Shown here one piece after another: positions 28,001-41,059 of a stretch of 64,000 nucleotides of DNA. The stretch spans positions 142,724,001 to 142,788,000 of the forward strand of contig OX597816.1 of assembly GCA_951406725.2 (NCBI GenBank). Direction: 5' to 3'. The notes under the pieces were generated by a model. The model did not search any database. It was not told the origin of the DNA and saw nothing but the letters and a program-made list of their open reading frames with translations. A program made the position numbers and the translations under genes. Every line of letters starts with the position of its first letter. The first letter of the stretch is position 1. Source of the stretch: Octopus vulgaris. Its lineage: Eukaryota.

Positions 28001-30384
28001 GTCATTTCTTTTCTCGTTTTTCCGTTGGGGGCATTTTGGGAAGAAGCATCCCAAACTGGATTTTCACTCAAAATATGGAATTGTAAAGATGCAATATGAT
28101 TATTGCTTTTTTCCTTTCTTTCTTTTTAATAATCACAAAGGACTTATAATTTGAAGCAAGGACAGAAAATGAGATTTTGTAATAGTCATTCCTTTCTCAC
28201 GTGCATTAACAGTCTCAAATATAATGTTTTTAACAGAATGCTATAATTGTGTTCCTCAGTTGGTTTGTCCTAAGCTTCTTGATCTGATCTACTGATGTTA
28301 TATTAGTTTCTTTTGAAAAACCCAATAATGCAGAGCAGTAATAGAGCTGAATATTATTGCTGGTTTGGAACCAACAAGTTTGAGAGTACAAAAGCTGTTA
28401 GAAACGTGGACAGAAACGAACATGGTGTATTAGCTGGCCAAAATAATTTTTATTGTTCTTCAAACTTCTGTAGCAGGTTTGCTTTTGTGTGTGTTTAATG
28501 TTTTGGTTTGTAGAAAGGGTTCGAGCCATGGCTTTTATGGGCCCAGTGAAATCGATCCAGTTGATATTTCTTTTGACCAATTGCAAGCTGACCACTTTAA
28601 GGAAAAAATAAATGGGCAGAGAAGGAATTCCTTAAAACTAATAAGGTAGGGAGTAGGGACAAGGCTTGGTAGCAAGTGTATGTCCTGAAAGAAAGGGCAC
28701 AAAATGGGATAATGAGAGGAGAGACAACTTTGTCAATTATTTGAGTGGATAGTATTTTTGTTGTTTTGTTTTTGTTTCATTCCATGAAATTTAATATGTA
28801 TGTATGTATGTAGTAGCAGCACTTTATTAGATATGAGAGAAGATTCCATTATGGGTCATCACATTAGTGCTTACTCCATTTGTATTACAATTTTTATAGT
28901 GGGGTCCAAATTTACACACTTAGCCCTTTGAGAGCTTCTTAATTTACAGTGTATGAAACTATAGACTATCCTAACTTTCTTCTTGGACTATTACTGCATA
29001 ATGTTAGCATTTGATTTTTTGATTAATTAAAAATCAGCAAACTTGACTTTATTTTTCACATTCCAAATTAGGACAACATTAAGGAAAGTAAGAATCCACT
29101 TGTAAAACTTACAAAAAATATTTTTAAAAAACAGTCTAATGAGTTGTCAAAATTAAAATTTTTTTATTAGAAAAAAAATATTTGCAAGATAATTATTTTC
29201 TGTGTAGGAATTCAAAATTGAATTAATCATAAAATGTATGATTTTAATCTTTTATTTTTTATTATTTTTCCTGTTTAATCAAGGAGGAAAAAGCAGTGCC
29301 TGTGATCTTTTTATTTTCTCAAGGCCTAAAACTGGAAACTTGGTTTGAATTCTTTACGATTGATTGAACTGCATTAAAGGTATCCGAGGAACGGGTGATG
29401 GTGTAAAACCAGGCAACAATGAAATCTGGCACCTATTGATTTTCTTAACTGAGGCATAAGAAAGATATTATATATAGGTTGAATATGGTTTATTAAATCA
29501 GCCCTATTGTAAAATTGGTACTTATACAAGCCAACATGGTTGCTTGACCTGTTAAAAATATCAACCAAATCTCTCAAACCACATCTTATTATGTTAAGAA
29601 AAAAGAACACACTGGTGTTCTAGATATACTAGTTTTGAATGTAAAGCTGAAAGGTCATGGTTGGAATACTTTTGATCATAGATTTGCTTGACTATGGCTG
29701 ATCTATGCCTCAACAACAGGTACTATTTATTTTATTAACCCCAACAAAAGATAATATGCAGTTCATTTCACTTAGGATTTGAACTCAGAATAATGAGTTG
29801 CACTCTACTCATTGAACTATCTCACTATCCTATTGATCTCAATTATTTATAGGAAATAGACTAAATTGCTTTAATTAGTTATACTTAATATTTTTAACAT
29901 TTCTGAATTGTAAAACATCTTGATAAGGGTTAAATTGGTTTTATTTTTATTCCATTTGATGCATACCTAAATCTTAAGCTCTCTAATGAGTAGAAATGTT
30001 TAATTAAAATATTCAAAGTTTAAAACTAATTAGTCTCTAGCTATTTCTACATTGTTAATCATTTAGCTTTTTGTAAAACTATTTAAATTATTGAAAGTCA
30101 TTAACAATATTTAATTGTAACAACATTCCTTTTTGGAATGTTGTGTTGCTAATACTTCAGTTAAGTTTGAAACATCATGGTAGATAAATGGATAATCTTC
30201 AGTTAAAACATTATTAAGAATAACTTATTGCTCACACTTTTGATTATACTGTTGTGGTAACCATATCGACAATGACAATGTTCTCAATAGCAAGAGTATT
30301 GTTGCTGATGGAAACTGCAAAGAAGTCAGTGTTTGTAATGGCAAAGCAGTTAATGATGGTGATGACAGTGATGATGATGTTGGT

Positions 30385-30425
<41 letters not shown>

Positions 30426-33171
30426 GTGTGTGTGTGTGTAAAAATGAATATCACAATGAACAAATATATTAATGCACAGTTATTCTTTTGTTTACCTCTT
30501 TTCAAAATAGTTGTGCATTAACTAAGATAATGTAGTATTATTAAATACTTGTTCTCTTGCCTTACTTCTAAAGAACAATATTTAGACTCTGAAAAGAATT
30601 ATCATTTACCTTTTGAAATTTTAGTTTGTTCAAAATGTCTTATTCAGATAGAGAGAGAGAAGAATCACCCATAATTTTCACTGGCTTCCCTCAATGGTGA
30701 GAGTGATGTATTTAACCATAGCAGAGTTGCCAGAAAAAGCAAAGAACAAGGGTTTATCATGCATTTTTTATTATGGTACCAGTTTTTGAGAGGTTGTTAG
30801 GTCCTTGATAAGACTAAAGGGTCATCTCAACCCTATTTTCTTTCCATTCATTCACCAACTACTTTAAAATATGTACTAGTTGTATCTTATTGTGGCACCA
30901 ACTCTAAACAGACAACATTGAACCGTCATTTTGACAAACTCATTAAATTGCAGAATATTGAACTAGGGTGAGATGGGGTAAAGAGGTAAAAGTATGAAAG
31001 AGGATGGTTTTGAAGAGGAGGAGAAAATGGGAGAGACAGTGCAAAGAACAATGGAATGACTAATGGCAGTTATATTTGCTAGTATAGAAGAGAAGGAGAG
31101 TGTGGTAGTGGTTGGTGATTGTGATGGATACCAGTGATAAATATATCTAGAACTAAATCTCCTAAAGTATACTTTGTAATTTCAAGGAGATTAAACTGCT
31201 ATTTCTTATCAGATTGAGTAACAGCATAGAGGTTATCTTGTTGGCACACAGTTCTAAAGATTCCAGTAAGTTTCAAACTTGGAACATTCTCTATATGAAG
31301 CAGCTGAGATCACCATAACACTGTTTCAAATTAATGTGGACCATTTTTGAGCCTAGTCCATTGATAGTTATTGGTGAAAGTGAGTTCCTTGTAGAAGTAA
31401 AAGAATGTGTACACTTCTCCAGGTACTGTATATATGCTACAGTTTTAACTTAGCAAATCTTATCTACTTATGCTTACAGGCCTAGGCAAATATTTTTGCT
31501 CTAACAACCACTAGAATTCCTTTCCTGTTTGTCAGTACAAGGTGGCATTGTGATTGGTGCTAGGAAGGACATCTTGCCAAAATACATTTAAAAAAAGTAA
31601 TTACATGTGTGTGCATACCTGCATCTAAACTAAATGTGCATCTGTTCATGCATCTAAATAGATTTAGTTCAAGACAAGTATGAAAGCCATGAGATATTAA
31701 GTGCTTTCATTTGTATCATGTTTCATCTATATTTTCCACTGTAACTTTGACAAAGTTGATAGTTAGCCAGTTACTTTTCTTTCACTAACATGGAGTTCAT
31801 AGTTACTTGTTTGGTCATTTTGTGTTAAATTTTCATGGCAGTGTGGTTTAGTTGATTTCACAACTATCTGGGTCCACGTTTAATCCCACTTTCTGTGTGT
31901 GTCTTTCACTGAAGTATATTGGCAAACGATGTAAACAATAGCAAAAACAGAAAACAAAAAACTGGCATCATCAAATAGAAATACCTTGTGTGATATTTGT
32001 TCTGCCTGAATTACAATCACTCGTCAATTTTACCAAAAAATGCAATAAATCCATGATTGACCCATTAGAAACCTGTAACCAATGACATTATGGTTGACCA
32101 AATGTAATAAATACAGCAGTTATTGGTAGAAGGAAACTTTGTCCCATGCACATGTGTATGTGTGTGTATATATATATAAAACTCTGTGTGTGTAGGGCCC
32201 TAGGGTAGCTGCTGCTCCAGGCAAGCTGAACTTTAGTATGTACAACCTGATGGTTGTGGAAATTTCCTTGTCTTTGTCATGCCCTCCTTGGCACCCCAGG
32301 CAACTGCCCACGTTGCCAGTACCTTGAGCTGGCCTTGTATGTGTGTGTACGTGGTAATATGTCATAAAATATATCAACAAAATATCTTAATAGAGCAAGT
32401 GTTATCTGGTATAGAAATCAGTATGCTGGGTAGAGTGGATATATATATATATATATATATATATTAGTTGACAGTCTACTCTGAGATTCATCCTTAGTTG
32501 GACAGTTCATGACCCATGAACAGCCCAACTAAGAGTGATACTCAAAATAGACTGTTAACTTTGATATTGTTTGTGCATGTATGTGTGTGAAGGACTATTA
32601 TATCCGAGTTGCATGTGGTTGGACTCTACAGTTAGATAGATCACTATAATATTTAGTTACATGATATTATGTGCATTTCATTAACAATGAATAAATATCA
32701 GTTTACATACAAAAAATTTCATAAGCTGATTGCATTGTCAAATTTTCAGAGATTGCACAGCTCTCATAATCTTTAGTATTCATATTGGACCGTTGATGAT
32801 GTTGTATTGGCTATTATAATGACTGGTAATGATGTTAACATTCCTTGTTGAAATTATCACTGGTTGTTCTGCACTCTTGAACATTGGAATAAAGAAAAAA
32901 TTCTTACTTGAGAAACAGGTAAGGGTTGGTAGTAGGAAGGGCATCTTGATATATAAAATAGTCTGCATGTGTGTATGCACAGCTAAACTGCTGGATCAAT
33001 CTGTACTTGAGAAACAGGTAAGCATTGGTAATAGGAAAGGCATTTGGCCATAAAATGCTACCTCAAATAACTTGCCTTCTAATCCAATCTTAGCATGGAT
33101 AAACAGGTATTAGATGAATGAACAAACAGGAGGAAGATAGCTTTTAGAACTTTCTGACAGTCTCTCTAGCA

Positions 33172-33224
<53 letters not shown>

Positions 33225-33227
<3 letters not shown>

Positions 33228-33742
33228 GGCCGTTTGCCAGCTCTGTCTGGCCCCGTGTCGGTGGCACGTAAAAGCACCATCCATTCGTGGCCGTTTGCCA
33301 GCTCTGTCTGGCCCCGTGTCAGTGGCACGTAAAAGCACCATCCGTCCGTGTCTGTTGCCAGCCTCGGCTGGCCCCCGTGCCGGTGACACGTAAAAGCACC
33401 GTCCACTCGTGGCCGTTTGCCAGCTCTGTCTGGCCCCGTGTCGGTGGCACGTAAAAGCACCATCCGTTCGTGTCCGTTGCCAGCATTGCCTGGCCCCGTG
33501 CCGGTGACACGTAAAAGCACCATCCGTTCGTGGCCGTTCGCCAGCTCTGTCTGGCACCTGTGCAGGTGGCACGTAAAAACACCCACTACACTCGCGGAGT
33601 GGTTGGCGTTAGGAAGGGCATCCAGCCGTAGAAACACTGCCAGATCTGACTGGGCCTGACGAAGCCTTCCAGCTTCACAGACCCCAGTTGACCCGTCCAA
33701 CCCATGCTAGCATGGAAAGTGGACGCTAAACGATGATGATGA

Positions 33743-33746
<4 letters not shown>
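33225..33746 (+). mobile_element. Young 5'-truncated RTE 3'-UTR copy: six 60-62-bp tandem units, conserved tail and (GAT)n, inserted in (TA)n
   Basis: Homologous to 42954-43501, CpG-rich, flanked by (TA)n at 33174-33224 and 33745-33789. Confidence 0.9.
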
Positions 33747-33790
<44 letters not shown>

Positions 33791-35965
33791 TTTTGATCTA
33801 CTAGTAGCTGACAGTAGGGACAAAATGCTTGTCAATTTACTATGACAAACAGCTAATTGATTTATTAGCAAAATCCATCTTTCAATTTGAACTTAGCTCT
33901 GCAAGCTAATTGGTAGTAGAGAAAAATAAGATAACAGACTAAATTTAGTCTCGGCATTCCATTTACTAATTCAAAATCTTACTAGTGTCAATTGTGCTTT
34001 TCACCCCTCTATGATGAATAAAGTAATATGCAGCAGTCAATTTTGTTGATCTTTACCTGTACTTCTTTAAAAGATTTGCTTTCTTCCTTATCAAAAGAAA
34101 CCATTGTTATCTCAAAGTTTAACATAAAAATGTTTAAGCAGATATTTATCATTTTAGTTTCTAATAGCAAGAATACCAACAGGCAGTGGTTGTAAAGCAA
34201 AATCTCTGATTTCACCAAATAAATATATCAAGAGTGACTTAGCTACTACCAATGTAAATAATTTTGTTGCTATATTATTTTAGATATCTGGCTGCAGCTA
34301 AGATTTATCTTTCGTTGTTTTATCACATATGTTTTTTTTTTCATTTTGTATACATTTTCTCTCACTGTTGTTTGGTGTGGTTTTTTTTTTTTTTTTTTGA
34401 ACATTCATTTTTCCCTCGTTTTGCTCTTTAGCATTTAAATTGGTTATGTCTGGCTTTAAATATTCTCTGTTTTATATTCAAGCTGGCTAGATTTGGCCTC
34501 TCACACCTAATCTGCAACATCATTCTAAAAATACACTAACATATCAAAATCTTGAAGCTACAACATAATGCATGATTAATTCAAAACAACGTAAACAAAT
34601 AAACATTACATTTGACAGAGTAACCTGTATGTCAAAGGGTTAAATCAGATCAGCCTTGACTGAGCAAACCTATACTCAAAAGCAATACAGCTGTGACCAA
34701 CCAACTGACTAGCATCCCTCCCACCACTAATTTCAGGCATTGTACCTAAATTAGAAACAAGTGTAGACATATCATCTTGGTAGTGCATTATCCAGTATGA
34801 CTTTGTTTCTTTTCTTTTCTTTGAGATAATATGATGTCTTAATGCTAACCACTTTAAGTGAAACAAAAGTAGAACCTGTTTCATCAGATAGGCAAATCTA
34901 TTGAGGCAAGCAGGGTTGTTTCTTGACCCAAAAGCAGGTACTGGTTGTAGCCATTCTGCTACAGCCAGTGGTTGTGGCCATTCTGAACACTTAACCATAT
35001 AGTTTAGCACCTCAGTCTTATATCTACTGTACTTCAGGAATTCTTTAATAATTATTTGTAAATTTAGTGGTTTAGTGATAATGTCAAAGATCATTTGTTC
35101 ATGTCTTGATATTCTCATATCATGGTTTGATACTCTCATATCTTTCCCCTTTCACCCCGTTTACTAGCCACATTAGCCCATATGAACAGAGACTACAAGG
35201 AGCAGTGAATATTTTTTTTCTTGAAGGGTACATGGATGGTATCCTCACTAGTTTTGATGATGCCATGAAATCACCCAATATCCTCTGTAAAGTTATTTGT
35301 GAATAACTGGAGATAATATAAGGTCAAGAAAACCTTCAGTCTTGGCTCACTGAGGATATGACACCCTCTCCAATGCTAGTGCCACGATAAAATCCTCCCA
35401 GTACACTCTGTAAAGTGGTTGGTTTAGGAAGGACATCCAGTCATAGACACCATCCTCAAAAATAAAATGTACAATCAAGGTGTGGTTCTCATTTGGTATA
35501 GAAACCCAGTTGCTTCAAATAAGAACTGACTTCGATCTTGACAACCCATGCCAGCATGGAAAGTGAACATAAAACAATGATGATATATATATATATATAT
35601 TTATATATATGGAAGATGGATCTTTCTCAGAATTTCCAACTATGAGTTTGCAGTTGTTCAGTCAACTGAGCTGCCAAACTTGTTGAACCAGTTGTGTATT
35701 CAATCCAGAGGAATGTTTACTCTTGACATGATACTCGGGCAGAATAGGCATGACACAGTGTGGCAAGTCTGGGTCTTTGAATTACTTCTACAATTCAATA
35801 TGCTTCTGCACAGGTTCTGTCTACCTAGTTTCACTCACACAGCATGATTAGACATGAAGCTATAGTGGAAAATAATAGCTCATGGTGCCAAACAGTGAGA
35901 TCAAAACAAGGAGCTTATGATTCAGGAGTGAACTTCTTAGCCATTCAGCTATATTTCATCAATAT

Positions 35966-36272
35966 TTGTGTGTGTGGTACATATTTCTGCATGTGTGTGT
36001 ATATGTACATATGTGTGTAGATGTATGTGTGTGTGTGTATATGTATGTGTGTGTATATGTGTGTATATGTGTGTGTGTATGTGTGTATATGTACGTGTGT
36101 GTGTATGTGTGTATATGTACGTGTGTGTATATGTGTGTATATGTACATGTGTGTGTATATGTACATGTGTGTATGTATGTGTACATGTGTATGTGTACAT
36201 GTGTGTGTGTGTGTGTACATGTATGTATACATGTGTATGTGTACGTGTGTGTGTGTATGCATATATGCATAT
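35966..36272. repeat. Compound (GT/AT/AC) alternating purine-pyrimidine tract of about 300 bp
   Basis: Directly visible; source of several spurious ORFs. Confidence 0.95.
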
Positions 36273-36499
36273 AAACTGGTCAATATAATAAAAAAATTGA
36301 AGCATTGAATCTAAAGATATATGGACATTTGCTACTAGGCAACATCTATATTTAATTGTAGATCAAAGAAAACTCTTTCAATATTAATGAAATCAATAAT
36401 GTCTGTGAAAGGTAAAAATATGTGTATATAATGTATAATACAATGAATTGCAGGCTTTGTAAGAAACATCTTTTGTTAAACCTTAGAATGTTTTTAGGA

Positions 36500-37300
36500 A
36501 CTCTTTTCATAATCTTTCAGTAACCTATATCTTTATAGTCTTCAGGGTAGTCATTGGTATCTGTTAGTAAGGTGAAAGAGTCACTTACTCAGATTCTAGT
36601 ATTGGCATTCACTGTTTCCTTGGTAAAAGACATTCAACTCTCATTGGCCAAATCAACTCAGCTGTAAATATGTATTATATAGTAATAGGCCTCACATGCC
36701 TACCATTGCCTCCCATGGTTATTTGGCCCTTGAGTGCCTTTTACAGAACTTACGCTGTTCTAAATATTTGGACTAAACTCCTTAGAACTCTCATTGTCTG
36801 GAATTTTCCTGCAATTATTGAACTAGAGATGTTTAAGTTGAGTGTAACTCCCATTATCCCACTAGTCTTAGAAAAGTCTTAGGTTGTAGACTATATTCCT
36901 CTTTCTTGATTAACTTAGAAACAAGTTATGGGAGAATTTGTTCATACTTCCACCTTCCCAACAATAGTAATGATATTGATAATTGACAAGTGTTTATTAT
37001 CTTGTAGCCTATATATCTAGAAGAAACAAAAAGAATTTACTCCTGTATATTCTTCAGTGAATTATATAGAAATTTCAACAATGAGGTTAATGGTAACTGT
37101 ACATTATAGTCTTCAGTTGATTCTATACTGTTCTCACTAAGCTAATCTATTCGTTGTCAAAAGGATTTTTAAATAGCCTGGTGTTTTACTGTAGTTTTTA
37201 TAACATTTAGAAAGTAAAGAGGGAAATAATATCTTCTTGGATAGAACATTTGTTATTACAGTAGTATCTCCCTTGAGAGGAATTGAATACTGAACTGTAA
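36500..37300 (+). pseudogene. Possible highly decayed Penelope-like RT fragment
   Basis: Weak remnants resembling RPIIAS, MG..C.P and KFT motifs; many stops. Confidence 0.25.
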
Positions 37301-38096
37301 GCCAAAGAAATGCTAATCATTTCTATTGTGATATGAGGGAATTTGTGTGGTATCGAATGACCATGTAAAACAGTGGGTGTAGGGAAATTTACCAGTACAT
37401 AAGAATTTGCAGGGCCACAAACATTGAATCTTTAGTTTCATTGATTCTTAAGAATGCAGCCATATTAAGTTATAAATTTTGGTATCAATGCTTGAATAAT
37501 TACCTTCATATGAGTTTTCTGAAATTCTATCAGCTGGTGGCTTCAAGTATGAATGGTAACCAAAACATCACTTTCAGGTTCCCCACTCCTGACATAGAGG
37601 CTTTCTGTTTGGTTTGCTATTGTTAGATTCTTTATTTCGATTGTATACATTCATTACATTCTTGGCATGGTTGGCATTATGAAGGGCATTCAGCTGTAGA
37701 AAACCATGCCAAATCAGACTGGAGTCTTGTGCAGATTCCCAGCTTATCAACCCTGGTCAAACCATCCAACCCATGCCAGCATGGACAACAGACATTAAAT
37801 GATGATGATGAAATGAAATAAAATAGCACACATGCATGCCTGCACACACACACACACATGCACACATCAATTTAACACCCACTTTTCGATGCTTGAATGA
37901 GTGAGATAGACTTTCTGTGGCTAGATGTGCTTCCTGTTGCCAACACTGGCCTATTTCACACAAGTCTTCCTAGTCCTTTGGAAATGAACAACACAATGAC
38001 AAAACTTACTTCCATGGAAGATTGCAGACAAATACCACTACTTGTATGATGGAGGCATCTGCATACAGTTAGCAAGCAATATCAAGACATGAATAT

Positions 38097-38127
<31 letters not shown>

Positions 38128-38410
38128 TTTTAGTTTTCGTCTGCCAAATCCACTTAAAAGGTTTTTGGTCAGTCCAAGACCAACATAGAACACACTTGCC
38201 TAAAGTACCATAAAGTGGGATGGAACCAAAAAATCACATGGCTGCAAAGCAAACTTCTTAACAATACAGCCACACCTGAACATGTATGTATGCATGCAAG
38301 CAAATGCTTCTGTATAAGAATACAGATGTATACAACTACACTGTTGTGTGTGTGTGTGTGTGTGTATTTACATGTATGTTTACATGAGTTTGTATTTTTA
38401 TAGATGTATA

Positions 38411-38931
38411 TAAGGTCTGATCAGAAAGTATTGGGACTGTTGCTATGGTAACAGAGCTAAAGTACAGTGTGTAAGCTATTTGCCACAGTTTGACCTTGAA
38501 TTTTGCCATGCATGCACACAGTTATAATGTTCTTGCTCACTTCCATTGTTTATAGCAGTGCTTGGAAGTAAAGTATGTTGAGTGTGGTCATCTCAAAAAG
38601 AAGATTGGGTTTCAGCTGCGCAGGGTCTCTGATTGTGTGGTGGAAGATGAAAATTTCTTGAAAACGGTCATATGTGACAAATTTTTGGTCTATGGCTATG
38701 ACTCCAAAACCAAGTCAAGAATCCAATCCCACTTGAAAGGAACAAGATTTCAAAATGTTGATGATATGCACAAGTATGCAATGATGCAGCTTCTTGCTGT
38801 CTCAAAAAAAGGAGTTCCAAAAATGCTTCCATCAATGGAAACGACTGCTTCAATGGAGATTAAATGCTGAATTGATAAGTGTTGTAGTTTGCTTTTTATA
38901 GCAAGTCCTGATATGTTTTGATCAAACCTCG
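38411..38931 (+). mobile_element. Short non-autonomous mariner derivative (about 520 bp)
   Basis: Imperfect TIRs (taaggtctgatcagaaagtattgggact / agtcctgatatgttttgatcaaacctcg), TA flanks, remnants FLKTVICDKFLVYGYDSKTK and LKGTRFQNVDD. Confidence 0.8.
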
Positions 38932-39612
38932 TATATAGTCTTGGTCAAAACTCTGAATGCAAAGATGAAATAAAGATGAAAACTAATTATCTACTAGATA
39001 ATTGCAAGCAACAACACAAAGCTAATTTATATTACTTAGTATGATATATAAATGAGGAAATATTTCGAAGTTTCTTCTATTTGACATTTCTGATACAGCA
39101 AGGTACATAGAAATTCATGAAATTATCATAAGAAAATAAGGGCTTCTTAAATTGCTTTATATGGCAATAGGCTAAGGTTCAAGAAGTTACCACCTCAACT
39201 AAATGTAGCTGTAAGTGCTGACCAGATAGTTTCATTTAGATTTCATTAGAAATGTACAAATTATTTGGCAAATCATTCTGAATTTGTCACAACACTTCAC
39301 ACTGATCTCTTGATTCAATCTCTTTGTATTTGATCCCCATCTGCATCTAGCATTACTACAAGGAAATAATTGCTGACAACAGTAAAATGCTTGAATTTTT
39401 CTCTCTCCTTCAATCTCCCCTTCCCCTTCTCCCTGTCTTATGTGTGTATATCTTTCGGTTTAAATATATCTATTCCTCTGCATGTGCCTCTCTATATATA
39501 TGGTATCTGGGTGTGTGTTTGTGTGTGTATTTATCTTATTTCTTAGTATAAGAATATCTTCTTCTGCTTCTCTCTCTCTGAATTTTAATGCCTTGATTTC
39601 TTAATTTTACAG

Positions 39613-39825
39613 ACACGAGAATTATACATTTTAAATATTGGAACGAAGAATAAAAGCTGGTGGTTAGAACATGGCATTGGTTGTCAGGTGACAAATAACA
39701 CATGGGAGAAAAATTACCATGGAGAAACCAGTAGACCAATTCCACCTGAAGAATTTGTAGAAGGGTGTCTTGTAGAATATTATTATGTTGAATTCATTCA
39801 TGCTGCTGTGCAGTGTTTGTTTTCA
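39613..39825 (+). CDS. NKAIN: NKAIN internal coding exon, TRELYILNIGTKNKSWWLEHGIGCQV...EGCLVEYYYVEFIHAAVQCLFS
   Basis: ttttacag acceptor and gtaagt donor at 39826. 213 bp open, phase 0/0. NKAIN motifs SWWxExGxGC and GCLxxYxYxExxHxxxQ. Confidence 0.93.
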
Positions 39826-40661
39826 GTAAGTACTTTTAATATCTTTCAGATCTTTAACTATTTTTCTTTTCTAACCACACTATTTCTTTAATGCTTTTAA
39901 CTCATTTTCCCAAGTTTTTAAATATTCTTTTGTTTTTAAACATTTCTTTCCCATATATAACCACTTCTTTTAGGTTTGTAGCCACATTTTCTTGTTAACT
40001 GTTATTTGCATAACTTTAACTGATTCTTTCATGGCTTTAACCATTTCTTTCTGGCCTTCAACTACTTCTGCTTCTTTCATGTATCTAACTATCTATTTTA
40101 CTTTTGTTGAAGCTATTTTTCTAAATTCCATTTTCAAAGATTTCTTGGAGAAATTAAATAAAGTGACAATTAACTGACAAAAAAATCAGTAGTTTGGATT
40201 GCATAACCAAACTAAGCTGTTTCTTGACATAGACTTATTTAAACCTCAGTATAATCTAGTCTATATCAGCTGTAAATCAGTATCATGTGAAGTTGTACTT
40301 AACTGTTGTAAACAGTTCTCTTCTCCACTCTCTCTCTCTCTCTCTCATTTACTTTTTATACCTTTATTTTATCACTTTACCTCTCTTAATGTTCCTCCTC
40401 ATTGTATAGCTTTATCTTCATTCCACATTTTTTCTTTTACTCACACTATCTCTTCCTTCTCTCACTCTTCAGTCATTTCCTATATCTAATTGTCTTCTTA
40501 GGACTACTGCTCTTGCATGCTGCTGATTCTCACCCTATCAGTATATCTATTTATCTAAGTAATCTTCTACTCTTTATAATAATTTCTCCTCCTCTTATTT
40601 CTCTCAGCACAGCTACAGCTTTCTCTTTTCAATCAACCAACAATTTGAACACTTGATTTTT

Positions 40662-40761
40662 TTATAGCGTTGTGAAAGACTAATTCTCTATTTGTAGCTG
40701 ATGAAGCATAACAATGCAGAAATACAAGCATTTTATGGTTTAATGACATTATTCATAGCAC
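40662..40761 (+). ncRNA. Degenerate type I hammerhead-ribozyme-like repeat, copy 1
   Basis: tgtag-CTGATGA-a-gcat(aaca)atgc-a-GAAA-tacaagca-tt-ttatg. Core boxes are intact; stem III and the cleavage triplet are decayed. Confidence 0.55.
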
Positions 40762-41059
40762 GTTTTGCGCAATATGTTTTTATTTATTTATTTACATATA
40801 TCTGCAGCATCAGAAATGCTTTGCCCACTAGGCTCATAATGCTTATATTTACAATGCCCCAAAACACTTTCATATACAATGCTTCCCCACTCCCCTCAGT
40901 AGAGATAACAACCTTAACAACTCTAACATGTTTGAATGATGGTAGGTTAAAATCAAGAACAATTATTATGATGCCTATTAGCAAATGTTCATGGGGAAGC
41001 TTCTTTTTAGGTACTGAATAACATCTCTCCTTCCTGTGTTACCTGCCATATCTCTTTCC

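Noticed and set aside
27784-28099. Cys-rich, Ala/Thr-rich and Asn-rich ORFs
   Set aside because: Products of degenerate triplet repeats that are open in several frames.
28528-28611. Tetraspanin-like N-terminus MAFMGPVKSIQLIFLLTN with a good Kozak context
   Set aside because: No GT donor after the TM-like stretch and before the in-frame stop. The downstream TM exon first suspected to be tetraspanin is NKAIN.
30245-30390. CCG-containing open stretch
   Set aside because: No splice acceptor; low-complexity GAT/GTT-rich sequence.
33228-33582. CRISPR-like appearance of the 60-bp arrays (also 42954-43342)
   Set aside because: The variable parts are homologous to each other rather than unique spacers; there are no cas genes; the context is a eukaryotic LINE 3' UTR.
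33110-33700. 196-aa and 142-aa repeat ORFs
   Set aside because: Antisense translations of the tandem array and (TA)n.
35945-36308. Six overlapping ORFs of 95-118 aa
   Set aside because: Translations of a dinucleotide repeat tract.
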